This document shows, in pieces, positions 9,092 through 17,748 of a stretch of 64,000 nt of DNA. A model generated the notes under the pieces. It was not told where the DNA came from, did no database searches, and saw only the letters and a list, made by a program, of their open reading frames with translations. Location of the stretch: assembly GCA_044070495.1 (NCBI GenBank), contig JBIPSI010000001.1, positions 32,001 to 96,000 of the forward strand, read 5' to 3'. Within the stretch, counting starts at the first letter, position 1, and the number at the start of each line of letters is the position of its first letter. This stretch comes from Spirulina sp. GTDB taxonomy: Bacteria; Cyanobacteriota; Cyanobacteriia; Phormidesmidales; Phormidesmidaceae. The translations under genes were made by a program, and so were the position numbers.

Positions 9092-10288
9092 ATGAAAATC
9101 CTGCTAGTTTCCGCTGAGCAAGGGCAGCGAAAGGCGCTTCACCACGCCCTGTCTCGCCACAGTTTTATTGTGGATGTGGCCAGCGACGGGGAAGAAGCTT
9201 GGGACATGCTGAAAGCCTTTCGCTACGATGTGGTGCTGCTGGAGGTCCAGTTGCCGAAGTTGGATGGCCTTAGTCTGTGCCATCGTCTGCGGGAGGTGGG
9301 AAATCCGGTGCTGCTGTTGATGATGGTGGAGGCCGATGGGGCAACGACGGGGGTGCAGGGGCTAGACCACGGTGCCGATGCCTACTTGACCCTGCCCATC
9401 CAGGAAGATGAACTGCTGGCCCACCTCCGCGCCTTGGCCCGCCGGGGTTTTCGTCGGGCTGGCCCCACCTTTTACTGGGGGCCGCTGCGACTGGATCCAA
9501 TGGCTCAACAGATCACCTGCCAGGGGCAGGCGCTCAAACTCAATCGCAAGGAATATCAACTGCTGGAGCTATTTTTGAACCAGCCTCGCCGGATGTTCTC
9601 CCGTGGCGACATTGGCGACCGCATTTGGCCCCTGGAAAGCGACCTGCCCAGCGATGCCACGATTAAAAGCCATATCCGCAGCATTCGCCGCAAGTTAGAG
9701 CGGGCTGGTATTTTGGACTTTATTCAGACTCACTATGGCCAGGGCTATTGCCTCAATCCGGCCTACGATCCGGGCACGAAGGCGAAACCTCCTGTTACCA
9801 CCATGCCAGAACTGATGATGGACAGTATTACGGCCAACATCTGGCAAGAATTGATGGCTGCCAATGCCCAACTTACTCAAGAAATTGAGCAGCGCAAGCA
9901 AGTAGAAGCCCAACTGCGACGGTCAGAAGTGATGCTGCGGAATGCCCAGCGGGTGGCGCAAATTGGCTGTTGGGAGGCCACCATCAGCACCCGTGAGGTC
10001 TACTGGACGGAGGAAATGTACCTGATTCACGGCTTTGATCCTAGCGACCCGCCCCCCACCCCAGAGCAAATAGAAGCCCTGATTCACCCGGATGATCAGC
10101 AACTTCATGCGGACGTGATTCAGGCAGCGGCGCAGCGGGGAGAACCCTTTGAAGCAAATTTGCGTATTATTCGGGCCGATGGGGAGGTGCGCTACATCAA
10201 CGCCCGTGGGGGGCCGCTGTTTGACGATGACGGCAAGATGGTTAAACTCACCGGAACCACCTTTGATGTCACTCGCTGGCATCGGTAA
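9092..10288 (+). CDS. OmpR-family regulator: atypical receiver + winged HTH + coiled coil + PAS/PAC
   Basis: wHTH (KEYQLLELF...IKSHIRSIRRKL...YGQGY); PAS (IGCWE...IHPDD...RADGEVRYI...GTTFDVT). Confidence 0.88.
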   Translation: MKILLVSAEQGQRKALHHALSRHSFIVDVASDGEEAWDMLKAFRYDVVLLEVQLPKLDGLSLCHRLREVGNPVLLLMMVEADGATTGVQGLDHGADAYLTLPIQEDELLAHLRALARRGFRRAGPTFYWGPLRLDPMAQQITCQGQALKLNRKEYQLLELFLNQPRRMFSRGDIGDRIWPLESDLPSDATIKSHIRSIRRKLERAGILDFIQTHYGQGYCLNPAYDPGTKAKPPVTTMPELMMDSITANIWQELMAANAQLTQEIEQRKQVEAQLRRSEVMLRNAQRVAQIGCWEATISTREVYWTEEMYLIHGFDPSDPPPTPEQIEALIHPDDQQLHADVIQAAAQRGEPFEANLRIIRADGEVRYINARGGPLFDDDGKMVKLTGTTFDVTRWHR

Positions 10289-10541
10289 GGCTTTGGGAAA
10301 GGAGGCAAACCGAGCAATCACCAGGTCAGCAGTGGGGTCGATGCGGACGTGGGGCGAGTTGTCACAGAACCGCCACAGCCCTGTCACCTAGCTGTGACAT
10401 AGGGTGCTTAAGGTGCCCAACAAGGTTAGTCGGTCGAGCCGTGATGCCCCATCGGTAAGACTCGACCTAACCTGTCTGTGCGATCAGCACTATTGATCAA
10501 CCGTTGATCAACCACAGACGATGCTAGATGAGGATTTATCC

Positions 10542-11018
10542 ATGCGAACCTCCCAATTTTTAACGGGCACCGTAGCGACCCTGTTGTTGATGGGTGCCCC
10601 TGGTGGAGCCGCCCTGGCGCAGGTATCGGCTCCTGCCCCTGCCCCCCAAACTCAGCTTTCCGAAAGCCAGATTGACCGCTTTGTTAGCGCCTATCAGGCC
10701 ATTCAAGCCATCCAGGAAGAGATTCAGCCTGACCTGATCATGGCGGTAGAATCCCAGGGTCTATCGGTGGAGGACTATAACCGCATCGCCGAGGCTCAGC
10801 AGTCCCCAGAGATGGCGGCGAATATTCCCGCCGATGAGACCGAACAATTTGCGGCGGCGGTGGAGCAGGTGAGGGCCATTCGCGCTGAAGCCCAGGCCGA
10901 AATGGAAACCGCCATTCAGGCGGAAAACCTTACCCCAGAGGAGTTTGGCCAAATTCTCACCCTGGCCCAGCAGGATCCCCAGGTGCAGGCCATCATTAGC
11001 GAGCGGCTGGCCCAATAG
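10542..11018 (+). CDS. DUF4168-like secreted helical protein
   Basis: Signal peptide (ALA-Q), two repeats of the GLSVEDYNRI/NLTPEEFGQI type; GAGGA RBS. Confidence 0.75.
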   Translation: MRTSQFLTGTVATLLLMGAPGGAALAQVSAPAPAPQTQLSESQIDRFVSAYQAIQAIQEEIQPDLIMAVESQGLSVEDYNRIAEAQQSPEMAANIPADETEQFAAAVEQVRAIRAEAQAEMETAIQAENLTPEEFGQILTLAQQDPQVQAIISERLAQ

Positions 11019-11054
11019 CCCCCTACACTCCTGCGAAGACTGCCCTACCGATTG

Positions 11055-11083
11055 GCCCCCTAACCGCGTTAGGGGGCTTTTTT
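11055..11083 (+). terminator. Rho-independent terminator
   Basis: GCCCCCTAAC-cgc-GTTAGGGGGC followed by TTTTTT. Confidence 0.8.
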
Positions 11084-11096
11084 ATGGCCCCATAGC

Positions 11097-12593
11097 CTAG
11101 CCTCCAACCCCTTGGCCAATCCAAGCCGACTGGGGCGGTAGATGTGCCCCCTCTGGCCCGATGTGGGCTTGGCGGTAGGCCCAGAGGGTTTCCCAGGTCT
11201 GGGTTGAGCTGGACTGATTCTCCCTGGACTGTCCGAATGCCTGGAGTTGCTGAGCCGTTAGCGTGGTTGCAACGTTCCCGGCATTGAGAACGACGAGGAT
11301 CGTTTCGGCGTCCCGGCCCTCGTCTTTCAGGGTTCTGGTGAACCCATAGGTGTTTCCCTCGGCATGGCAGACCTGGTAGGTGCCCGTACGCAGGGCGGGG
11401 TGTTGGTGGCGCAGGGCAATCAGGGCTTTGTGGATGTGCAAAAGTTCCCGATTCCAGGCCGACTCTGGCGGAAAGGTGCGGCGGCAGTCGGGGTCGAGTT
11501 CTCCGGGTAGGCCCACCTCGTCGCCATAGTAAAGGCTGGGGGCACCGGGAAAGGTCAGCAGCAGCACCGTTGCCAACACCACGCTGGCCTCGTCTTCCCC
11601 CACCACCGACAGCGCCCGCGCCACATCATGGCTAGAAAGCAGGTTGAGCTGAGTAAGCTGGATTTCCCAGGGATAGAGATCCAGCAACGCCTGAATCTTG
11701 GCCCCATAGCCCGCCGCATCCAGGGCCGGATAGGGAAAATAGTGGGGAATTTCCACCAACTCCCGCCGCACCCGATCCCCCGCCGCAAAGGCCAGGGTTG
11801 GCCCAGTAAATAGGTAGTTCATCACCCCATCAAACTGGGTGCCATCGAGCCACTGGCGGGCATCCGTCCACACTTCGCCGACGATGTAAGCATCAGAATT
11901 AATGGCCTTAATACGATCCCGAAACTCCTGCCAAAAGCCCGCTGTCTTCACCTCGTAGGGCACATCCAGCCGCCAGCCATCAATGCCCTGGCGCACCCAA
12001 TATTCCCCCACCCGCATCAGGTATTCCCGTGCCGCCGGATGGTCGTGGTTAAAGGTGGGCAGGGCGCGATTATCCACCCAGCTTTGATAATTGGCTGGCC
12101 TACTGCCATCGTAGGCCGACAGGGGCCACCCCTCCACCCGAAACCACTCTAGCCAGGGGGAATGGGGGCCATTTTCCAAAATGTCGTTAAAAAAGAAAAA
12201 GCCTCGGCTAGCATGGTTAAAAACCCCATCCAACACCACCTTCATGTCCCGCTGGTGGGCGGCCTCTAAAAGGTCAAAAAATGCCGCATTTCCCCCCAAT
12301 AATGGATCAACCTGGTAGTAATCGTGGGTGTGGTAGCGGTGGTTGCTGGCCGACTGGAAAATCGGCGTGAAGTAGATTGCCGTAATCCCCAAGTCTTGCA
12401 AATAGTCCAGCTTTTCGAGGACTCCCCACAGGTCACCCCCCTTATAGCCAAACAAGGTTGGCGGTTCATCCCACGGCTCCAAGGCCACCGCCATCGCTGG
12501 GTTATCTACCCGCCGCTGGGTACGGGCCATGCGATCCGGAAAAATCTGGTAAAACACCGCCTGTTTCACCCAGTCCGGCGTTTGAATAGCCAT
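11097..12593 (-). CDS. nplT: GH13 neopullulanase/cyclomaltodextrinase
   Basis: FYQIFPDR, HRYHTHDY, LDGVFNH, GWRLDV, GEVW, SSHD. Confidence 0.9.
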   Translation of the reverse strand: MAIQTPDWVKQAVFYQIFPDRMARTQRRVDNPAMAVALEPWDEPPTLFGYKGGDLWGVLEKLDYLQDLGITAIYFTPIFQSASNHRYHTHDYYQVDPLLGGNAAFFDLLEAAHQRDMKVVLDGVFNHASRGFFFFNDILENGPHSPWLEWFRVEGWPLSAYDGSRPANYQSWVDNRALPTFNHDHPAAREYLMRVGEYWVRQGIDGWRLDVPYEVKTAGFWQEFRDRIKAINSDAYIVGEVWTDARQWLDGTQFDGVMNYLFTGPTLAFAAGDRVRRELVEIPHYFPYPALDAAGYGAKIQALLDLYPWEIQLTQLNLLSSHDVARALSVVGEDEASVVLATVLLLTFPGAPSLYYGDEVGLPGELDPDCRRTFPPESAWNRELLHIHKALIALRHQHPALRTGTYQVCHAEGNTYGFTRTLKDEGRDAETILVVLNAGNVATTLTAQQLQAFGQSRENQSSSTQTWETLWAYRQAHIGPEGAHLPPQSAWIGQGVGG

Positions 12594-12683
12594 GCCCTCT
12601 GCCTCGGTTGCTACCCCGTTAGGCTATCGTCATCTGCCAACCCTGGCTAGGGGAAGCCCATCGGGTAGAATATTACTGATCCT

Positions 12684-12757
12684 GGGGCTGTAGCTCAGCA
12701 GGATAGAGCGACCGCCTCCTAAGCGGTAGGTCGCGGGTTCAAATCCCGCCAGCCCTG
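12684..12757 (+). tRNA. tRNA-Arg(CCT)
   Basis: Cloverleaf GGGGCTG...CAGCCCT-G; anticodon arm ACCGC-CTCCTAA-GCGGT; GGTTCAAATCC T-arm; CCA not encoded. Confidence 0.95.
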
Positions 12758-12760
12758 TAG

Positions 12761-12791
12761 CCCAAAGCCCTTGCATTGCAAGGGCTTTGGG
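12761..12791. terminator. Perfect 15-bp hairpin after tRNA-Arg
   Basis: CCCAAAGCCCTTGCA-t-TGCAAGGGCTTTGGG. Confidence 0.6.
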
Positions 12792-13071
12792 TGTTTAGGG
12801 GAACTTTTAATCCCCTTGCGAACTCCCCTCTCTCCCAAATCCACGGAAACGTATTGTTCTCGTCATGGTCGATGATGGTGCTAGAGGTGGATGTCTGTGG
12901 CCCCTGCCTGCATCAGGTCATCCACAAAGCCGGGCCAATGCGCTTGGGCCACTCGTTGACTTATAAAAGGCCTAAAGACGTTTTATCCGGTTATCAGGAA
13001 ACTCTCAGGTGCGGTTGCTAGGTTTAAGGGTGTGACGCGCTAGGGTTGGCGCATTCCTGAGAATTCCTAGG

Positions 13072-14547
13072 GTGGCTATGGCACCGATGCGGTATCGCTT
13101 ACGAACATTTCTCCACCGCTGGATTGACCTCAACTCGCTTCAGGTGCGGCTCACCGCTGGAGTAGTCTTAGCGTCGTTGGTGGCGATGGCGGGGTTAACC
13201 GGATGGCTGGGCTGGCGTACCCAGGCAATTTTGCTGGATAGTCACGTCCATCAGGCCAGTTTGGTGGTGGCCCGCTTTCGAGAGGATGTCGATTCCTACG
13301 CAGATCAGATGTCTGTTCAAATGGCGATGCAGAAGGTGATCAACCACCGCACCACCGGGGATTTAGCCCTATGGGTGACGACTTCAGCGGGGGATGTGGT
13401 AGCCCAGTCGGAAACCCTCACCATGGGGTCTTGGCAGGGATCTGGGGTGGCTGAGGCGCTGCTTACCCAGGCGATGGCGGAAGGGATTGCGATCCAGCCG
13501 ATTCAGACCTGGGTGTTTGTGGTCTGTGCCGAGCCGTTAGCCATGGAGGGCTTCCCCACCGCCACCCTGCACCTCGCCAACGACATCACGGCAGAATACC
13601 AGGGGCTTCAGCAGTTGATTCGGATGCTGTGGCTGACCGGGTTGGTGATGGTGGCGCTCCTCGCCCTGGTCTGCACGCTGTATATCCGTCGTGCCCTGCG
13701 GCCCATTCGCCAGATCAATCACCTCGCCAGCCAGGTGACGGTAGACAACCTAGGCCAGCAGACCTTTTCGCTGCCCGCCGCCCCCACAGAGGTGGCTGAG
13801 TTGGTGCAGACCTATAACCTGATGCTGACCCGACTGGCCAAGGCTTGGGCACAGCAGAAGCGGTTTATCAACGATATTTCCCACGAGCTACGCACGCCGC
13901 TGACCCTGGTGCAGGGCTATCTAGACAGCACCCTGCGACGGGCCGATACCCTCACCCCACCCCAGCGCCAGGGGCTAGAAATTGCCGCCGCCGAAACCCA
14001 CCGCACCATTCATCTATTAACGGAACTGCTGGAACTGGCCCGCCTCGACAACCACCAGCGAACCCTGACCCTGGCCCCCGCCGACCTGGTGGATATCGTC
14101 AAAACGGCTATCGCTGTGGTGGTGGATGAGGCGATCCCAAAAACCGATAGCCCGTCCCGAATTCAACTGGAGACCCCAGGCGTGTCCCCGGTGGTGCAGG
14201 TGGATCGAGACAAGCTGGTGGCCGCCCTAGTGGAACTGCTGGACAATGCCCTGCGCTATTCGGACACCCACCAGCCGATTCGGGTGCAGGTGTTGGCTCA
14301 GCCAGATTGGGCCTTGGTGCAAATCCACGACCAGGGGCCAGGGATTCCGGCCCAGGATCAAACGGGGGTATTCGACCCCTTCTACCGGGTGGATGAGAAT
14401 CGATCTCGCCAGGGCGGCGGCACGGGCTTGGGGCTGACCCTAGTGCGGTCGTTGGTGGAGGCGATGGCGGGCCAGGTGAGTTTGCGATCCCAGCCCCAGC
14501 AAGGCTGTGTGTTTACCATTGCGCTGCCCCGATCATCGGCAGGGTAG
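13072..14547 (+). CDS. Membrane sensor histidine kinase (2 TM, HAMP, HisKA, HATPase)
   Basis: SHELRTPLT, LLDNALRYS, DQGPGI, GGTGLGL. Confidence 0.93.
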   Translation: MAMAPMRYRLRTFLHRWIDLNSLQVRLTAGVVLASLVAMAGLTGWLGWRTQAILLDSHVHQASLVVARFREDVDSYADQMSVQMAMQKVINHRTTGDLALWVTTSAGDVVAQSETLTMGSWQGSGVAEALLTQAMAEGIAIQPIQTWVFVVCAEPLAMEGFPTATLHLANDITAEYQGLQQLIRMLWLTGLVMVALLALVCTLYIRRALRPIRQINHLASQVTVDNLGQQTFSLPAAPTEVAELVQTYNLMLTRLAKAWAQQKRFINDISHELRTPLTLVQGYLDSTLRRADTLTPPQRQGLEIAAAETHRTIHLLTELLELARLDNHQRTLTLAPADLVDIVKTAIAVVVDEAIPKTDSPSRIQLETPGVSPVVQVDRDKLVAALVELLDNALRYSDTHQPIRVQVLAQPDWALVQIHDQGPGIPAQDQTGVFDPFYRVDENRSRQGGGTGLGLTLVRSLVEAMAGQVSLRSQPQQGCVFTIALPRSSAG

Positions 14548-14608
14548 CGGAGACCGTAGGGGCGAGATCTCCTCGCCCGCTGATACTCAACAGGAGGCAA
14601 GGCAGGCG

Positions 14609-15304
14609 ATGACAGCAAAGACGTTAGCGAAGATTCTCATGGTAGACGATGAGGCGAACCTGGCCCAGTTTGTGAAGCTTGAGCTGACCTACGAAGGCTA
14701 TGAGGTGAACGTGGCCCACGATGGTCTATCGGGGTTGATGGCGGCTCGCGACCAAGAACCCGACCTGATCATCCTGGATTGGATGATGCCGGGACTGAGC
14801 GGGGTGGAGGTCTGTCGTCGTCTGCGCCAAACCGGATCAAAAACCCCGATTATTTTGCTGACAGCCAAGGACGACATCAGCGACCGGGTGGAAGGGCTAG
14901 ACGCTGGAGCCAATGACTATGTGGTTAAACCCTTCAGCATCGAGGAACTGATGGCGCGGGTGAGGGCACAACTGCGATCCCTCCAACCCCAGGAGGCCGA
15001 GCAGTTAGTCTATGCTGACCTCAGCCTAGACCGCAAAAGCCGCCAGGTGGTTCGTAATGGGCGATCCATTGAGCTAACCGCCAAGGAGTTTGACCTGCTG
15101 GATTACCTGATGACCTACCCGCGCCAGGTGCTCACCCGCGACCGCATCCTCGAAGAAGTGTGGGGCTACGACTTCATGGGCGACTCCAACATCATTGAGG
15201 TCTATATTCGCTACCTGCGCCTAAAACTGGAGGCCGAGGGCGAACCCCGCCTGATCCAAACCGTGCGCGGCGTCGGCTACGTGCTGCGAGAAGCCGCTTT
15301 CTAA
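14609..15304 (+). CDS. OmpR-family response regulator
   Basis: MVDDE, LDWMMP, VKPF, wHTH; AGGAGG upstream of ATG 14609. Confidence 0.93.
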   Translation: MTAKTLAKILMVDDEANLAQFVKLELTYEGYEVNVAHDGLSGLMAARDQEPDLIILDWMMPGLSGVEVCRRLRQTGSKTPIILLTAKDDISDRVEGLDAGANDYVVKPFSIEELMARVRAQLRSLQPQEAEQLVYADLSLDRKSRQVVRNGRSIELTAKEFDLLDYLMTYPRQVLTRDRILEEVWGYDFMGDSNIIEVYIRYLRLKLEAEGEPRLIQTVRGVGYVLREAAF

Positions 15305-15350
15305 GCCTAGTTTTTTACCTTAAGGAGATTTCTGGAAAATGTTCTCCCCC

Positions 15351-15373
15351 ATGGTGGGCAGTGCCCACTCTAC
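15351..15373. repeat. GTAG-type REP-like dispersed repeat
   Basis: Reverse complement GTAGAGTGGGCACTGCCCACCAT; related copies at 54811, 63585, 63666. Confidence 0.7.
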
Positions 15374-15561
15374 GGTGGCTATAGTCGCCGCCTAAAGCAG
15401 GGATCTTTTTTCCTAGAAGTCTCTTAGCTTCTCAGCTTCCTCTCATTGTATTTTAGGCTACTTTCTATCAACCATTCAGGGAAGACTCAGGCCAGCCTCG
15501 CACCATGGGAACTGTAAACCCCATAGGAAACGAGGGACATTCCCCTCGTTAGGAGGAACTC

Positions 15562-15735
15562 ATGAAACGGACCATCATCTCTGGTTTGACGATTCTAATC
15601 TCCAGCTTGACCCTGGCTTCGGCGGCGATGGCCTCCCAAACGACGATCCACGATTTAGCCGCAGACTTAAATGGCGATGGCGTGGTCACCCTGGGAGAAC
15701 TGGTGAAGCACAACCGCGACCAGCGGCAATCCTAA
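15562..15735 (+). CDS. 57-aa secreted microprotein with one EF-hand-like loop
   Basis: AGGAGG RBS; MKRTIISGLTILISSLTLASAAMA-SQTTIHDLAADLNGDGVVTLGELVKHNRDQRQS*; below ORF-track cutoff. Confidence 0.85.
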   Translation: MKRTIISGLTILISSLTLASAAMASQTTIHDLAADLNGDGVVTLGELVKHNRDQRQS

Positions 15736-15746
15736 GGGGATATTTG

Positions 15747-15780
15747 GACAGTGGTAGTGCATTAATGCACTACCACTGTC
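15747..15780. terminator. 34-bp perfect palindrome between convergent genes
   Basis: GACAGTGGTAGTGCATT|AATGCACTACCACTGTC abutting the fni stop. Confidence 0.6.
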
Positions 15781-16830
15781 TTATTCGGCCTTAAGCAAAA
15801 TGATTTCCTGGCGCAGGCCGGAGAGAGTGGATTGTCCGGTACAAAACAGGACGGTTTTGATCTCCGCAATCAAAACCTCAGCCAGGGTAGCAACGGCTTC
15901 TTCCGAGTCGCTGGCGGCTTTGAGGAAGGGATAGGCCAGCCCGGCCAGGTCGGCCCCTAGGGCGAGGGTTTTGGCTACGTCTAGCCCGTTGCGGAGGCCA
16001 CCGGAGGCAATCAGCGGCAGGGTGGGGGCCACTTGGCGGGCAGCGATCAAGCAATCGGCGGTGGGGATGCCCCAATCGGCAAAGGTTTGGCCCAGGCGGC
16101 GCTGGATGGGGTCAACGGCCCGTTCGCTTTCTACCTTGGCCCAGGAGGTACCCCCGGCCCCAGCCACATCCACCGCCGAGACTCCGACCTCCATCAGTCG
16201 TTTCACCAAAGGCGCAGAAATACCGTTGCCCACTTCTTTCACGACCACAGGGACGGGCAGGGCGGCGCAGATTTGCCCAATTTTGGCGATCAGCCCCTTA
16301 AAGTTGGTGTCGCCACGGGTTTGCACCGCCTCTTGCAGGGGGTTGAGGTGCAAAATTAGGGCGCTGGCTTCCAGGTGTTCCACCACCCGACGGCATTGGT
16401 CGATGTCGTAGCCGTAGTTGAACTGCACTGCCCCCAGGTTGGCCAGCAGCAAAATATCCGGGGCCACCTCCCGTACTCTAAAGGTGGTGATCAGGGCGGG
16501 GTTTTCTATCGCCACCCGCTGGGAACCCACCCCCATGGCCAACCCGTAGCGCTGGGCCGCCGCCGCCAGCCGTTGGTTGATGCGATGGGCTTCCTCGGTG
16601 CCGCCCGTCATGGAAGAAATCAGCAGCGGTGCCCCCAGACGATGGCCCAAAAACGTGGTGCCCAGGTCAAGATCCTGCCAATCTACCTCTGGCAGGGCAC
16701 AATGGCGAAACCGAAACCGCTCCAACCCTGTGGTGACCTGGCGGCACTGCACACCCTCGTCTAGGCAAATCCGAATGTGATCCGCTTTGCGGGTCTGGGT
16801 TTCGTGGGCAGCAATGGGCGATACAGTCAC
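15781..16830 (-). CDS. fni: Type 2 isopentenyl-diphosphate isomerase
   Basis: RKADHI, SSMTGG, HLNPLQE, KEVGNG, GAGGTSW, SGGLR. Confidence 0.95.
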   Translation of the reverse strand: MTVSPIAAHETQTRKADHIRICLDEGVQCRQVTTGLERFRFRHCALPEVDWQDLDLGTTFLGHRLGAPLLISSMTGGTEEAHRINQRLAAAAQRYGLAMGVGSQRVAIENPALITTFRVREVAPDILLLANLGAVQFNYGYDIDQCRRVVEHLEASALILHLNPLQEAVQTRGDTNFKGLIAKIGQICAALPVPVVVKEVGNGISAPLVKRLMEVGVSAVDVAGAGGTSWAKVESERAVDPIQRRLGQTFADWGIPTADCLIAARQVAPTLPLIASGGLRNGLDVAKTLALGADLAGLAYPFLKAASDSEEAVATLAEVLIAEIKTVLFCTGQSTLSGLRQEIILLKAE

Positions 16831-16983
16831 AGGGTTAGCTCAGCAACGTTCGCTTTCCATAGTAGGAAAGAACGGCGGTCTGGGCATAGGGGACGACCTC
16901 ACCCAACTCCAAATCCCTGATGCTGAGTAGCGCATTGTTCAGCCGGACAAGGAAACCTTGCCTCGACCGTTGGCTGGCATGGT

Positions 16984-17014
16984 TTTGACTTCTGACTTCT
17001 GACTCCCGACTCCC
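16984..17014. repeat. Heptamer tandem repeat (TGACTTC-like)
   Basis: tttgacttctgacttctgactcccgactccc; similar run near 48855. Confidence 0.6.
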
Positions 17015-17562
17015 TAACCTTCCGGCTTCAACAACTGCACCCCATCCCGACCATCGGTATCGTGCAAAAACACCTTCACCAGTTCGTCCTTGGCGGTGGG
17101 CAGCACTCGACCGACAAAATCGGGGTGGATGGGCAGTTCCCGGTGGCCTCGGTCTACCAGGACAGCCAGACGAATGGCACTGGGACGGCCATAGTCCAGC
17201 ACGGCATTGAGGGCGGCGCGGATGGTGCGTCCGCTGTAGATCACGTCATCCACCAGAACGACGACTTTATTGGTGAGGTCGAAGGGAATTTTGGTACGGG
17301 CGGGGGTGCGGGTGCTAATTTTGTCCAGATCGTCGCGGTAGAGGGTGATGTCGATGGCCCCCACCGGCAACTGCACCTCTTCCATGCGCTGAATTTGGTG
17401 GGCCAGCATGTGGGCGAGGGGCACCCCACGGGTATAGATGCCCAGCAGCACCAGATGGCGCAGGTCGCCCCCCCGCTCAATCACCTCCGAGGATAGACGA
17501 TTGAGGGTGCGCCGCATTTCTTCGGCAGACAAAATTTCAACAACGGGACTGCTGGCACTCAT
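17014..17562 (-). CDS. pyrR: Bifunctional pyr regulator/uracil phosphoribosyltransferase
   Basis: [39 protein letters not shown]. Confidence 0.95.
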   Translation of the reverse strand: MSASSPVVEILSAEEMRRTLNRLSSEVIERGGDLRHLVLLGIYTRGVPLAHMLAHQIQRMEEVQLPVGAIDITLYRDDLDKISTRTPARTKIPFDLTNKVVVLVDDVIYSGRTIRAALNAVLDYGRPSAIRLAVLVDRGHRELPIHPDFVGRVLPTAKDELVKVFLHDTDGRDGVQLLKPEG

Positions 17563-17748
17563 GGGGGCTACCTGGGCGGTAAAGAAGACCGGAAATACAA
17601 GATATCACCGACCCACACTATACCCGACCTCTCCTTGTCTAGCTTCACCGACGGTCACGTCCAGGAGGATGGGTGCTGGGGTATGCGCTGACCGTTGGAA
17701 CGGCGACGGCGTTGGACTTAGGCATCAGACTGAGATGAACGACAACGG

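Noticed and set aside
17563..17748. PyrR attenuator
   Set aside because: No PyrR-binding loop or terminator recognised, and no pyr operon follows
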